From NCBI GenBank assembly GCA_951406725.2, contig OX597818.1, positions 55,118,001 through 55,182,000 on the forward strand: DNA of 64,000 nt. Direction: 5' to 3'. Positions within the stretch are counted from its first letter, which is position 1. Every line of letters begins with the position of its first letter. The translations under genes were made by a program, and so were the position numbers. Of this stretch, positions 39,258 to 52,873 are shown piece after piece. The DNA comes from Octopus vulgaris (Eukaryota). The notes under the pieces were generated by a model. The model did no database searches and had not been told where the DNA came from. It saw only the letters and a program-made list of their open reading frames with translations.

Positions 39258-39322
<65 letters not shown>

Positions 39323-39323
<1 letters not shown>

Positions 39324-39580
39324 TGATGAAAATGGTAAGACAACAAAAGAATAAAAGAGACCTTGATATTATGTAAACAGAGGAATTTATCTGCAAATGT
39401 AATTTGTGACAATTATTTAGTAGCCATGATAAAACTCCGAGTTTTGGATACTGAGGTGGAAATCCACGCCACCATCTCTTCAGTTATCCGGCTATTGGAA
39501 AAATGCTATGAAAAATAGCATTTTCCCAAAACTCGGAGTTTTATCATGGCTACCGAATAATTGTCACATATTACATTTAC

Positions 39581-39584
<4 letters not shown>
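39323..39584. repeat. Fold-back element in (TA)n containing a hammerhead motif (family H4, 39428-39488 minus)
   Basis: Inverted arms at 39389-39447 and 39526-39584. Minus strand reads GAUAA CUGAAGA GAU...AUC C AAAA CUC-G-GAG UU UUAUC. Confidence 0.7.
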
Positions 39585-39624
<40 letters not shown>

Positions 39625-39731
39625 GGAGAGAGAGAGAGAGAGCAGAGTTTGGTGTAGTGTTCTGATTTGCTTGTTCTTATCAAACTGTCCAACCCATACC
39701 CACATGGAAAATAAGCATTAAATGATTATGA

Positions 39732-40151
39732 TATGTGTGTGTGTGTGTATGTATGAGTGTATGTGTGCGCGTGTGTGTATGTATGAGTAGATGTGTGTAT
39801 GTATGTATGCATGTGTGAATGCATGCATGTGTTTGTGTACGTATGTGTGTGTATGTGTATGTGCGTGTATGTATGTATGTGTATATGTGTGTGTGTATGC
39901 ATGTGTGTGGATGTATGTAGAGATGTGTGTGGGTGTATGTATGCATGTGTGTGCGTGTGTGTGTATGTATGTGTGTCTATATGTATATGTGTGTACGTAT
40001 GTATATCTATATCTTATGTGTGCGTGTGTATATATGTATGTGTATATGTATGCATGTGTGTGTGTGTATATGTATGTATATCTCTTGTGTGCATGTATAT
40101 ATGTGTGTGTATGTATGTATCTATATGTATATCTCGTGTGTGTGTGTGTGC

Positions 40152-40182
<31 letters not shown>
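39732..40182. repeat. Degenerate (GT)n/(GTAT)n and (GA)n microsatellite
   Basis: Direct reading. Confidence 0.95.
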
Positions 40183-40607
40183 AATTAACAGCTCCCCCCA
40201 GCATTTACCTGTCAAGTCCTTCCTCACTAAATCTTCTTTATTCATGTTATTGATATTTCTATATTTCACGGTCTGATGGTTACAACAGAACAGGGAGAGA
40301 AAGTTATTAGTTTCATTCTAACCCATCCTCATTCCTTCTCCAAATTATCGCTGTTTCTATGTGGCAAAACCACTTTCCATTTCAATTCACTGATTTCCAC
40401 CTGTGTTCTTGTCTTTTACACCTGAAATATTTCCTGATTTACTCACCTTTCTATACTTTCACACCTCACTGCTTAATATTCTATCATCTCTGTTATTCTT
40501 GAATAAACCTCTTAACTGAACTAAATGTCACACCTGTCTGTTTTCTCTACCTTTACACTTTAATCATGCTTTCACCTGCATTCTCGTTAATAAATTATGA
40601 TGTAGTA

Positions 40608-41465
40608 AGGTGGCGAGCTGGCAGAATCGTTAGCGCGCCGGGAGGAATGCTTATTGGTTTTTCGTCTGCCGTTACGTTTTGAGTTCAAATTCTGCTGAGG
40701 TCGACTTTACCTTTCATCTTTTTGGGGTCGATAAATTAAGTACCAGTTATGCACTGGGGTCAATATAATCGACTTAATCCCTTTGTCTCTCCTTGTTTGT
40801 CCCCTCTATGTGTAGCCATTTGTGGGCAATAAAGAAATAAGAAACATTAGCACGCGGAGCAAAACACTTAGCGGTATTTCGTCTGTCTTTACATTCTGAG
40901 TTCAAATTCTACCAAGGTCAACTTTGCCTTTCATCTTTTTGGGGGTCAATAAATTATGTACCAGTTACACACTGGGATTGATGTAATCGACTTAATCCCT
41001 TTGTCTGTCCTTGTTTGTGCCCTCTATGTTTAGCTCCTTGTGGGCAATAAAGAAATAAGAAACGTTAGCATGCTGGGTGAAATGCTTAGCAGTATTTTGT
41101 CTGCTGTTACGTTCTGAGTTCAAATTCCGCCAAGGTCGACTTAGCCTTTCATCCTTTCGGGGTTGATAAATTAAGTACCAGTTACACACTGGGGTTGATG
41201 TAATTGACTCAATCCCTTTGTCTGTCCTTGTTTGTTCCCTTGTGGGCAATAAAGAAATAAGAATCGTTAGCACACTGGATACAATGCTTGGCAGTATTTT
41301 GTTTGTGTTCATGCTTCCGAGTTTGAATTTCGCTGAGGTTGAATTTGCCTTTCATCCTATCAAGGTTGATAAAATATGTACCAGTTGTACACTGGGGATT
41401 GATGTAATCAATTTACCCCCTCCCCCTCCAAAATTGCTGGCCTTGTGCCAAAATTTGAAACCAAT
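40608..41465 (+). mobile_element. Head-to-tail array of four SINE family B units
   Basis: Units of about 200-235 bp joined at AATAAAGAAATAAGAA|(A/T)C(G/A)TTAGCA near 40840, 41060 and 41262. Confidence 0.85.
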
Positions 41466-43246
41466 ATTTTATCTGTTGAAAGCGGCAAGCTGGCAGAATT
41501 GTTGGTACGCTTGGAAAAATGTTGATTCTTTTAATCTTTTACTTGTTTCTGTCATTGGACTGTAGCCATGCTGGAGCACCCCCTCAAAGATTTTTAGCTG
41601 AATAAAATTACCCTTGTATATATTTATTTTTTCCTTTATTAAGCCCGGTACTTTTTCTGTTGGTCTCTTTTACCAGCCTGCTAAGTTGTCAGGATGTAAA
41701 CACACCAACACCGGTTGTTAAGCATTAGTGAAGGACAAAAATACACACACACACACGATGGGTTTCTTTCAGTCATCTAATCATCATCATCGTTTAACAT
41801 TCGTTTTCCGTGCTAGCTCAGGTTGGACAGTTCGACCGGGGTCTGGGAAGCCAGGAGGCTGCACGAGGCTCCAGGCTGATCTGGCAGTGTTTCTACAGCT
41901 GGATGCCCTTCCTAATGCCACAATTGGTTGGTGCTCTTTATGTGCCACTGCCAGTCGAGGCAGCACTGGCGATGGCCTATATATCTATCTATCTATTTAT
42001 ATATATACATATATATACACCAGTCAAGAACAACGAAAATACAAATCTTGGAATGGATACGAAATCCATTCCCAAGGCTTTTGGTCAACCCAAAGCTATG
42101 GTAGAAGACACTTGCCCATAGTGCCATGCAGTGGGTTTGAAACCTGAACAATGCGATTGAAAAGCACCAATGTACAATATTTTTTGACACTGTACAGTAT
42201 ATACTATACCACACACTGTTACACAAAACAAGTACATGCATAAAAATAATTAACAATTATGGTCAATGTATGTTTAAAATTGCTATCATGATTCTTTCAC
42301 AAAGTGATTGTTACTTTAAAAAGGCAACATTTTAATAAGAAAAGGTGTGAAAAACCATGAAACTAAATCTTGTAGTGTGAGATAAATTAGAAAAATATTA
42401 TGAATGTGTGTTGGGTCTTTTTTTTTTTTTTTTTACCTGTTCTAAACGAGAAACGAGGAGAATGTAAATTTTTTGGAATAGTTTCTGGGTTAATTATGCC
42501 TTTGATCAATCTTCTGTTAGTGAAATATGGTAGCAGAAAATGTATGGAAACCCATTGTGTCTCAACATTACCATTTTGTGTTTTCTATGCTGGCATGAAT
42601 AGAACAGCTCTAGAAAAAATTCAGTGTTTTAAAGAACGCTTCTTAACTCCCAATGTCACGTTCTCCATTTGCTGTTTTCATACCAGAATGTGTGTGTGTG
42701 TGTGTGCATGTATTTGTATTTGTTGGACCCTGTTGGTGCCATGTAAAAAGCACCCATACTGGTGCCACATGCAAAGGCACCTGTGCTGGTGCCACATACA
42801 AAGGCACTGGTGCCATGTATAATAGTGTGGAGTGAAAAAAGAATTGTGGAAATTGAAAATGCTAAATGCTAAATTTTCGATTGAGATCAATGAAGGGCAT
42901 TTATTCCTTCAAGCCCCTTAAACTCCAAAAATAGGGGATTTTTGTAAATTTTTTACAATGCTAGCATGGAAAACGGACGCTAAACGATGATGATGATGAT
43001 GATGATGATTTACAATAGCAGAGTTTGGGAGGTCTTGGGGAGTAAATGCCCTTGACTGATGTAAGTGGAAATTTAGCATTTTTCTAGTAATAATATATGG
43101 TATTAGGAAGGGCATCCAGCCGTAGAAACCTTGCCAAATCAGATCGGAACCTGGTGCAGCAACCCAACCTTCCCCCCAGCTTATCAGTTTTCAGTCAAAC
43201 CATCCAATCCATGGAAAGCGGATGTTAAACAATGATGATGATGATG

Positions 43247-43605
43247 TGCAGGTGTGGCTGTTGTGGTAAGAGGCTTGCTTTCCAAATCACATGGTTCTGG
43301 GTTCAGTCCCAATGTGTGGCACCTTGGGCAAGTGCCTTCTACTATAGCCTGGGGCTAACCAAAAGCTTTGTGAATGGATTAGATGACTAGAAACTGAAAG
43401 AAACCAGTCGTGTGTGTGTGCGATAACTGGTGTTGGTATGTTTATGGCCTTATAACTTAGCGGTTCAGCAAAAGATACTAATAGAATAAGTATCCGGTTA
43501 AAAAAAAAATGAAGTCTAGGGTTAATTCATTTGACTTCAAATACTTCAACGCAATGCTCCAGCATGGCCACAGTCTAATGACTGAAACAAGTGAAAGATA
43601 AAAGA
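43247..43605 (+). mobile_element. SINE family A (older variant)
   Basis: Diverged family A head, body and tail. Confidence 0.8.
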
Positions 43606-44187
43606 TACAAACGTACATAACTATACTAGGATGGTGCCTTTTGCGATTTACTCAATAACATTGAATCCAGTTCCTATTTTATCAACTTTGTTAGGATTTG
43701 AACTCAGAATTTAAAGGGGTGTATTCTAATACACCAGGATACCAAATCTGGCATCTCCTAACTATGTTTACATATCTGTAATGGATTAGTTCTGGTCTGT
43801 TTTAGTAATCCTATAGCGCAGTGTGGCGGTGGGTGTTAGAGAGGCACTAATAATATTTGATGGTAAGGAACCCTAATACCATCCCTATGTCACTGAAGGT
43901 TTTAGTTTAAGGTTTCCTGTCATAATATATTACAATTATTGATTTGACTTAATTACTTCAGACAGTTGACATCTGACTCGGAAATGTGTTTTCATATTTT
44001 GACAAAAGGAACTCTGTTGAAGAATTGGTAAGAATTTCTCTTCAACATCATCATTATAATCATCACTGTCCAATTTACCGTGCTTGCATGGGTCAGATGG
44101 AATTTGATGAGACATATTTTCCACAGCCAGATGCCTTTCCTGTTGCTAACAGTCATGTATTTCCAAGCATGGCAAACCAAAACTCCT

Positions 44188-44228
44188 CATACTGACGAAG
44201 GCTATTGGGCTAGAAACTTGTGTCCATG
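44188..44228 (+). ncRNA. Degenerate hammerhead motif (family H5)
   Basis: CAUA CUGACGA A GGC-UAUUGG-GCU A GAAA C-UUGU-G UC CAUG. Confidence 0.45.
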
Positions 44229-44344
44229 GCTGTCCTTTTGTCTCCAAACAATAAGCCTGTTCTTTTCCTTAATGGCATGTCAGTTTTGTAGAATTTTTGA
44301 ATTTCAATATTATATGTCCCTTTCTAAATCATTATATATATTCG

Positions 44345-45190
44345 GAGACCCCCTTCGGTCACGAATGACCATGGGATTGCACCTAGGAAGTTACTCTCCC
44401 GAGCACAAGTCCGGGCAAGGTTGTTTATGGAAGACCAGCAGTCGCCCATGCATACCGGCCTCCCCTCTCCACGCCACCAGTGTTATCCAAGGGAATGGCA
44501 AAGGCCGATACTGCTTGGCACCAGTGACGTCGCAACTCATTTCTACAGCTGAGTGAACTGGAGCAGCGTGAAATAAAATGTCTTGCTCAAGAGCACAACA
44601 CACAGCCCCATCCAGGATTTGAACTGGGAACCTCAAGGTCATAAGTTCAACGCTCTTACCACTGACCCATGCGCCTTCACACACACACATATACACATAA
44701 CGGGCTTCTTTCAGTTTCCATCTACCAAATCCACTCACAAGGCTTTGGTCGAACCGAGGCTATAGTAGAAGACACTTGCCCAAGGTGCCACGCAGTGGGA
44801 CTGTACCCAGAACCATGTGATCAGTAAGCAAGCTACTTACCACAGTCACTCTTGCACCTAATATATATACTTCTGAATGTGAAAGTGCATGGCTCAGTGG
44901 TTAGAGCATTGGGCTTGCAGCTGTGAGGTTGTGAGTTCGATTCCCAGGCTGTGCTGTGTGTTGTATTCTTGAGCAGGACACTTCATTTCACGTTGTTCCA
45001 GTTCACTCAGCTGTAGAAATGAGTTGCAACATCAATGGGGCCAAGATGTATTGGCCTTGGACAACATTTATGGCAAGAGAGGGGCAGGCCACACTGTTGG
45101 TCTTCCATACACAACCTTGCGCAGACTTGTACCTCAGAGGATAACTTTCTTGGTGCAATCCCATGGTCATGCATGACTGAAATTCACAGG
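44345..45190. mobile_element. SINE family E copies in opposite orientations (44345-44678 minus, 44885-45190 plus) around a SINE A fragment
   Basis: Shared CACTCAGCTGTAGAAATGAGTTGC and GGTGCAATCCCATGGTCAT segments, inverted. Confidence 0.75.
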
Positions 45191-45262
45191 TGGCAGATGC
45201 TCTCAACTATATTCCTAGATGTGTAGGTGTATGCATACATATCTATATATGTATATGTATAT

Positions 45263-45560
45263 TGTTCCTTCTCGGGCCATGCCTGGCTCATAAGGGCCGG
45301 TTTCCCGGTTTCTTGGCATATAGGTTCCCCACCTGGACGGAACGCCGGTCCATCGCAGGTGAGCTGCAAGATGCAGGAGGAAAGAGTGAGAGAAAGTTGT
45401 GGCGAAAGAGTCAACAGAAGTTCGCCATTACCTTCTGCTGGTGCCGCGTGGAGCTTAGGTGTTTCGCTCATAAACACACACATCATCCAATCTGAGATTC
45501 GAACCCGCGATCCCTCGCCTGCGAGTCGGCTGCTCTAACCACTAAGCCATGTGCCTCCAC
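45263..45560 (-). mobile_element. SINE family C, full length
   Basis: Reverse complement of the 11012-11317 element, flanked by ATATGTATAT on both sides. Confidence 0.85.
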
Positions 45561-45604
45561 ATATGTATATATGCGTGTATGGTAATATGATTATGTGTAT
45601 TTAG

Positions 45605-45824
45605 CCCTTTCGGTACTGTATTTATTTTGAGATGCTTTGTGTTTCTTTCAATTACTTTAAATATAACAAGGAATTTAGTACAATAACTTAGTTATCATTA
45701 AGTTAGTGTTAGGAACATAAACTGTGACTAAGATTTAGTGAAAGATTTTAATTCAAAACTTATGAAAACAAGACATTTGTAGTGAGAGCCAGAGCCGGTT
45801 TCAGCCGGGTTGGTAACAAAAGGG
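45605..45824 (-). mobile_element. piggyBac-like MITE G1
   Basis: TTAG-CCCTTTCGGTAC ... GTAACAAAAGGG-TTAA, an inverted homolog of 52593-52813. Confidence 0.8.
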
Positions 45825-46434
45825 TTAATGGGGGCAGTGTCTGGTCTGTGTGTGTGGGAGCCAGTGATGGTATAACTCCCAGGGCTAACTTACAAATCAA
45901 CCGTTCACCTCACCAATATCTCTCTCCTGCCAGCAACAAGACACAACAATATCAGGCTAGAAGTTAATTTCATTCTTAAACCTATAATTAACAGCATCAA
46001 TTAGAATTCCTGAAAAACTGCAACTTTTCTTTGGAAGTATTGGGGGTGGACTCTTGCACACGTGTGTGCGTGTGTGTGTGTGTGTAAGTTTGTGTGTTTT
46101 TGTGTCTATTTCTGTGTTTTGGTAAGTCTAGTAGACGCATACATGAAAATTTATACTCGTATGTGTTTTTCTGTGTGTGTTTGTGTGTGTGTGTGTGTGC
46201 GTGTATAGATATGTATATAATACATTGGTATGCATAAGTGTGTGTGTGTGTATCTGTCTATATATGTATCTGTGTATGCTTGAGGTTGCGTGTGTGTATG
46301 TATATATATGTCTCCTATACCCATATATGCATGTATATATACATATAGATGTAGATACATATGTATGTATATATGCATGTTTTATTTATTATTTTGTTAT
46401 TATATATATGTGTGTGTGTATGTATGTGTGTATC

Positions 46435-46477
<43 letters not shown>

Positions 46478-46582
46478 ATGTATATGTATGTGTATGTGTG
46501 TGTGTATCTGGATATATATGTGTATATATATATATATATATATGTGTGTATATATGTGTATTTGCATGTGTGTGTGTGTGTG

Positions 46583-46615
<33 letters not shown>

Positions 46616-47989
46616 ATATAAACTGTATCCGTGTACACATCACCGTATGTGTGTGTTATATACCATTATTGTGTATATTTCTCTCTGGTGGTTGTTTTGA
46701 CTCTTTGGAACCATTTATTTTAATTACACAGTTTCCCCCCCTCCCCTTCCTCTCCTCCCCACCCCCACTCCCTCTCTGGTATTTTGCTTGCAACAACAAC
46801 AACAACAACAACACTTGCCATTACTGTGACTCATACAACATGCCCCCCTCCACCCACTTTCTACCTATAAAACAGTTGGTGGCATTGGAGGAGGGGGGGC
46901 AATCGGGCAATGGATTGGGGTGGGCGAGGCCGGTCTGTTTGTTACATGGACCAACTAAAATTGTTCTAGCTTCTTTTAGTGTTTTTTATTTTAATTTTTT
47001 TTGAAGGGTGGGTGTCAGTGTCATCATCACAATCAGTCATTGTCGTTATCGTCATTAGCAGCCGTAATTATCGGCACCATCGTAATCATCATCATCATCG
47101 TTGTCATTATTATCATCATAACAATCATCATCATCATCATCATTGTTATTATTGTTATTATTTCCCTAATAATCATCTTTGTCATTGTCTGATTTGTGTG
47201 TGTGTGTGTGTGTGTGTGTGCATGTGTATGCGTCTGTGTGTGTGTGTGTGTGTGTCTGTGCATGCATTTGTGAGTGCGTGCCTGTGTATGCATGCATGCG
47301 TGTGTATGCGTCTGTGTGTCTGTGCATGCATGTGTGTGAGTGCTTGCTTGTGTATGCACCTGTGTGTGTATGTGTGTCTATGCATATGTGTGTGTGCGTG
47401 TGTATGTGTCTCTGTGTATGTGTGTGCATGTGTGTGTTTGCTTGTCTTGACATCATTTGATTGTTGTAGAACAGCGCCACTTGTCATATAAACGTAGAGG
47501 TTTCCATTTCCAGTCTTGCAGGGAAAACTTTCTGGCCTCTGGGAAATATTACCTTGCTTGGAAACACATGAGGGTTAGCAGCAGAAAGAGCATCCAGCCA
47601 AAAAAAAAAAAACAAACAAATTCCATCTGACCCATGGAAGATTGGAGAAGCAGACATTCTAAGCTGATTTCAATGATGATGATACTCACACACATGCAGA
47701 AAAAGAACCAAAAAGGGGCACTCGATCAAGGGTTCCAGTTGATCCATTCGATGGAACAGACCGTTTGTGAAATTAACATGCAACCGGCTGAGTACTCCAT
47801 AGACATGTGTACCCTTAATGTTTTCCTCAGGGGTATTCAGCGTGACACAGAATGTAACAAGGCTGGCCTCTTTGAAATCCCGATACAATTAATTTTTGCT
47901 AATGGGCATGGCCCCGAGCAACATGAAATGAAGGGTCTTGCTCAAGGACACAATGCATCGCTGGGAATTGAACCCATGACCATACGTTT

Positions 47990-48640
47990 GTGGTTGGGGT
48001 ATTAGGGTCGTAATCCCAAGGTCGTAAGTTCAATTTCTGGTGACATGTTGTGTCCTTGAGTGAGACACTTTATTTCATGTTACTCCAGTCCACTCATCAT
48101 CATTTAACGTCCACTTTCCATGCTAGCATGGGTTGGACGGTTCAACTGGGGTCTGGGAAGCCAGAAGGCTGCACCAGGCTTTAATCTTGATCTGGCAGAG
48201 TTTCTACAGCTGGATGCCCTTCCTAACGCCAACCACTCCGAGAATGTATTGGGTGCTTTTTACGTGCCACCAGCACAGGTGCCAGGCGAGGATGGCAATG
48301 TCCACGAACGGATTGGTGCATTTTACATGCCACCGGCACGGAAGCAAGTCAAGGCGGCGCTGGCATCGGCCACATTCGGATGGTGCTTTTTACGTGCCAC
48401 CGGCACGGAAGCCAATCTAGGCGGCGCTGGCATCATCTGGCAAAAATGAGTAGTACCTGTATTTCAAAGGGGCCAGCCTTGTCACATGCTGTATCATGCT
48501 GAAACCTCGTGATCCCACTACGTTAACAGTTCTCATGTCTGGGTGGTACTCAGCCACATGCCCGTTGATTTCATGAACAGGCTGTTCTGTTCATCGATTC
48601 AACTGCAACCCTCATCATCGTAACCAACAGAGTGCCAGTT
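47990..48640 (+). mobile_element. SINE family E interrupted by a family D element (48097-48436, minus)
   Basis: E sequence CCAGTCCACTCA|...|CTGGCAAAAATGAG is split by D. Confidence 0.75.
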
Positions 48641-48643
48641 ATG

Positions 48644-48674
<31 letters not shown>

Positions 48675-48689
48675 CTTTCACTCTTTTTA

Positions 48690-49064
48690 CTCTTTTACTT
48701 GTTTCAGTCATTTGACTGTGGCCATGCTGGAGCACCGCCTTTAGTCGAGCAAGTGGACCCTAGGACTTGTTCTTTGTAAGCCTAGTACTTGTTCTATCAG
48801 TCTCTTTTGCCGAACCGCTAAGTAACGGGGACATAAACACACCAGCATCGGTTGTCAAGCAATGCTAGGGGGACAAACACAGACACGCACATATATATAT
48901 ATATATGCATATATACGACAGGCGTCTTTCAGTTTCCGTCTACCAAATCCACTCACAAGGCTTTGGTTGACCCGAGGCTATAGTAGAAGGTGCTCCGCAG
49001 TGGGACTGACCCGGAACCATGTGGTTGGTAAACAACCTACTTACTACACAGCCATTCCTACGCC
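48690..49064 (-). mobile_element. SINE family A copy
   Basis: Reverse complement of the consensus. Confidence 0.85.
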
Positions 49065-49129
<65 letters not shown>

Positions 49130-49360
49130 CACATGTGTAAACTGAAACATCACCTGTGTGTATATATTAAATTTGTAAACAAAGTTTGTCATATGTTTAA
49201 TAAGTATTTTCGAGTTTTCAGACTTTCTGTGAAAACATAACCCCCATGGTTAGACGCCAGGACTCTCAACAGCTAGGAAGACTGCAAGACACATAAGATA
49301 TATATATATATATATATATAGATAGATAGATAGATAGATAGATATGCACATGTGTGTGTG

Positions 49361-49396
<36 letters not shown>

Positions 49397-49407
49397 TAGA
49401 TATGCAC

Positions 49408-49446
<39 letters not shown>

Positions 49447-49470
49447 TATGTACATATATATTCATGTGTG

Positions 49471-49503
<33 letters not shown>

Positions 49504-49698
49504 TTTGTGTGTATATTTATATACATATGTGCATATATATATGCATATGCACATATATATTCATGTGTGAATGCATATGTATGCACATATGTATGATATA
49601 TATATGCATGTGATTATATTCATATATACATATTTATATATACATACACACATACATGTATATATATATACATATATATATTTATATATATACACATC

Positions 49699-49729
<31 letters not shown>

Positions 49730-49777
49730 GTAGGTCCCGGGTTGATTCGGGGTTAACCACAGTAAATAAGGTACTCA

Positions 49778-49909
<132 letters not shown>

Positions 49910-50574
49910 TCATATACACATATACATACATATGCATATATACACACACATTCTCACACACATGTGTATGAGATAGAATGTTAGTGATGATGATGATGAT
50001 GATGGTGATGGTGGTGATGATGAGACAGCTGTCTGCGAGAGAAGAATGTTGAGTGAGAATGGAAAACCACAAGGCATCAAAATTTGCCATTCAACACTGA
50101 GAACATATGTTGTGCTTTCTTCACTGTTGTCAGGTGTATCAATAGCTAATGTGATATGACAGGTGTGATAATTACATTTAGCATATGTGTGTCTGGTAGG
50201 TAGGGGTGGTGAAAGGTGTAGTGGGCATGTGCAGATTTAGGCTTTAATCCTGTCATCTGTTAATCCTGCTGACTGTGGCCATGTTCTGGCTGCTATTGGA
50301 GTAGTAGTAGTAGTAGTAGTAGTAATTGTAGTAGTTGTGTTGTTGTTTAACCCCAGGTCAGCTTCTGTGCAGTCCAGCCATGCTCACCACCAAATTTCTT
50401 TTATTTGTTTCGGTCATTTCACTGCAGCCATGCTGGAGCACCACCTTCAGTTGAACTAATCGATCCCAGGACTTATTCTTCGTAAGCCTAGTACTTATTC
50501 TATTGGGGTCTTTTGCCAAACCGCTAAGTTATGGGGACATAAACACAGCAACATCAGTTATCAAGCAATGGTTT

Positions 50575-50634
<60 letters not shown>

Positions 50635-50936
50635 CAAAATAAGCAACAAGAATGACTCCGGTAATTTGGTACAATCGTTTCGTACTACATCATTTTATTA
50701 AATATACATATATGTGTGTGTATGTATAAATGCGACAGGCTTCTCTCAGTCTCCATCTTCCAAATCTAGTCACAGTGCTTTGGTTAACCTACAGCTGTAG
50801 TAGAAGACACTTGTCCAAGGTGCCACACAGTGGGACTGAACCCGAAACCATGTGATTTAGAAGCAAACTTCTTAGCTATACAACGAAGGTTGTGTCCTTA
50901 TTTATATTCATCATTTATCTTTTCATTTTATTGTAT

Positions 50937-51046
50937 CTTCTTCTTCTTCTTCTTCTTCTTTCTGCTTCTTCTTCTTCTTCTTCTTCTTCTTCTTCTTCTT
51001 CTTCTTCTTCTTCTTCTTCTTCTTCTTCTTCTTCTTCTTCTTCTTC
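50937..51046. repeat. (CTT)n microsatellite
   Basis: Direct reading. Confidence 0.98.
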
Positions 51047-51508
51047 TTTCTGCTTTAACTGATTAGCCATTCACTCAATTGGAGAAACCACTTGAGTGTA
51101 CAGTGATACTTACTAAAGAGGGGAGACCCTACTCATTTAACCGTAACTAATGGGTTGTGAAGTAAGGTAAACCTGATAATAAGCCAGGGGAAGGCGTGCA
51201 TAAATTAATAAATTAATTACTATTAGACATGGGCAAAACCATGTTGGTGTCTTTTTGTAATTAGTGCTGGGTGGTGTTAATTAGTTAAGCTTTAGATACA
51301 ATGAGGAATGATGAAGTTTCAATTGTTTCCCCTCCGGAATCTTCAGTTCAGGTGGTTTCCTGTGCAAACTGAGAAATGAGATCCCCTGGGGTTGGGTAGC
51401 TGTGACAGCTAGTGTTGCTGGTCCTTCTCTTGTGCAATGCTTTTACAATCATGTCCGTGAAGCATGGCTGAACATGCCATTTGGTTTGAGGTATCCAAAA
51501 GGCAGAAG

Positions 51509-51905
51509 CATTAGCACGCCGGGCGAAATGCTAGGTGGTATTTCGTCTGCCTTTACATTCTGAGTTCAAATTCCGCCAAGGTCGACTTTGCCTTTCATCC
51601 TTTCGGCATCGATAAATTAAGTACCAGTTACATACTAGGGTCAATATAATCGACTTAATCTGTTTGTCTGTCCTTGTTTGTCCCCTCTATATTTAGCCCC
51701 TTGTGGGTAATAAAGAAATAGGTATTTCGTCTGTCGCTATGTTCTGAGTTCAAATTCCGCTGAGGTCGACTTTGCCTTCCATCCTTTCGGGGTCGATAAA
51801 TAAAGTACCAGTTTCGCACTGGAGTCGGTATAATTGACTTAATCCGTTTGTCTGTCCTTGTTTGTCCCCTCTGTGTTTAGCCCCTTGTGGGCAATAAAGA
51901 AATAG
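51509..51905 (+). mobile_element. Two tandem SINE family B units
   Basis: Junction AAAGAAATA|GGTATTTCGTCTG at about 51720. Confidence 0.85.
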
Positions 51906-52095
51906 GTATCCAACTCACTACTTCCTCCGTCCCTTATCTTCTGTTGCTTAATCCCTCCACTTTTTTGTCGTTATCTTTGTTTCTTTGACAAGGTAGTTAT
52001 GGGTATTTTTCTCTTGATAATTTCATATTTGATACTTCAATGTTTTTTTGTTGTTTTTTTTTTTCCTTTTCTCCCTCTAAAAATATGTTAATATA

Positions 52096-52330
52096 CAAGG
52101 TGTTCAAAAAGTCTCACCACTGAATTTTTTTCATCCTGCACATCACCATGGCACTACTTAAAGAGTTTTTCGGTGAACGGATTATTTCGAATGGTCTTTG
52201 GCCACCAAAATCACCTGATTTAACACCGCCAGACTTTTTTATTCCTGGGGAGCTAGTAAAGCATCAGTGTACAAGAATTGCTTGAAAACCATTAAATTAC
52301 TTGTTGCGGAGAAACTTTTTGAACACCTGA
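52096..52330 (+). mobile_element. Internally deleted Tc1/mariner (maT-like) element
   Basis: TIRs CAAGGTGTTCAAAAAGTCTC / GAGAAACTTTTTGAACACCTG. Residual coding GERIISNGLWPPKSPDLTPPDFF (WPPRSPDL-type motif). Confidence 0.75.
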
Positions 52331-52371
52331 TATAATCAATTAACAATTTTATGATATTAAAATTTTATTAA

Positions 52372-52820
52372 CCCTTTAACATTTAAACCAGCCATCCCAG
52401 CCTAAATAGTCTGTCTTTTTTTTGGATGTTCAAACCAGCCAGATCTAACCTTTCACACCTACCCTACAATGTTATTATAAATATATGTACTCACATCATC
52501 AAAATTGCAAAGCTATGACACAATCCATGACCAATTCCGAACAATGCGAATAAATAAGCATCACATTTTGACAGAATTATCTGAATACTTAACCCTTTCG
52601 TTACCAACCCAGCTGAAACCACCTCTGGCTCTGTGGTAAAATGCCTTGTTTTCATAAGTTTTGAATTAAAATCTTCCACCAAACCTTAGTCACAATTTAC
52701 ATTCCTAACACTAGCTTTAACGATTACAAAGTTATTTTCCTAAATTCTTTGTTATATTTAAAATAACTGAAAGAAACACAGAGCATCTCAAAATATATAC
52801 AGTAACGAAAGGGTTAAGGG
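52372..52820 (+). mobile_element. piggyBac-like MITE G2 with MITE G1 (52593-52813) nested in its right end
   Basis: TTAA-CCCTTTAACATTT ... TTAA-CCCTTTCGTTAC ... GTAACGAAAGGG-TTAA-GGG-TTAA. Confidence 0.8.
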
Positions 52821-52873
52821 TTAAAAGTAAAGGTTATTTTCTTGTGGTAGAAATCCTTTACTGATTAAGATTA

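Noticed and set aside
50670-50700. Hammerhead on the minus strand (CGAAACGATTGTACC)
   Set aside because: Only a possible 3' half; no CUGANGA box or stem II, so it is not counted.
51170-51300. Cluster of TAAT/ATTA homeodomain-like sites as an enhancer
   Set aside because: Expected by chance in AT-rich DNA; no conservation data.
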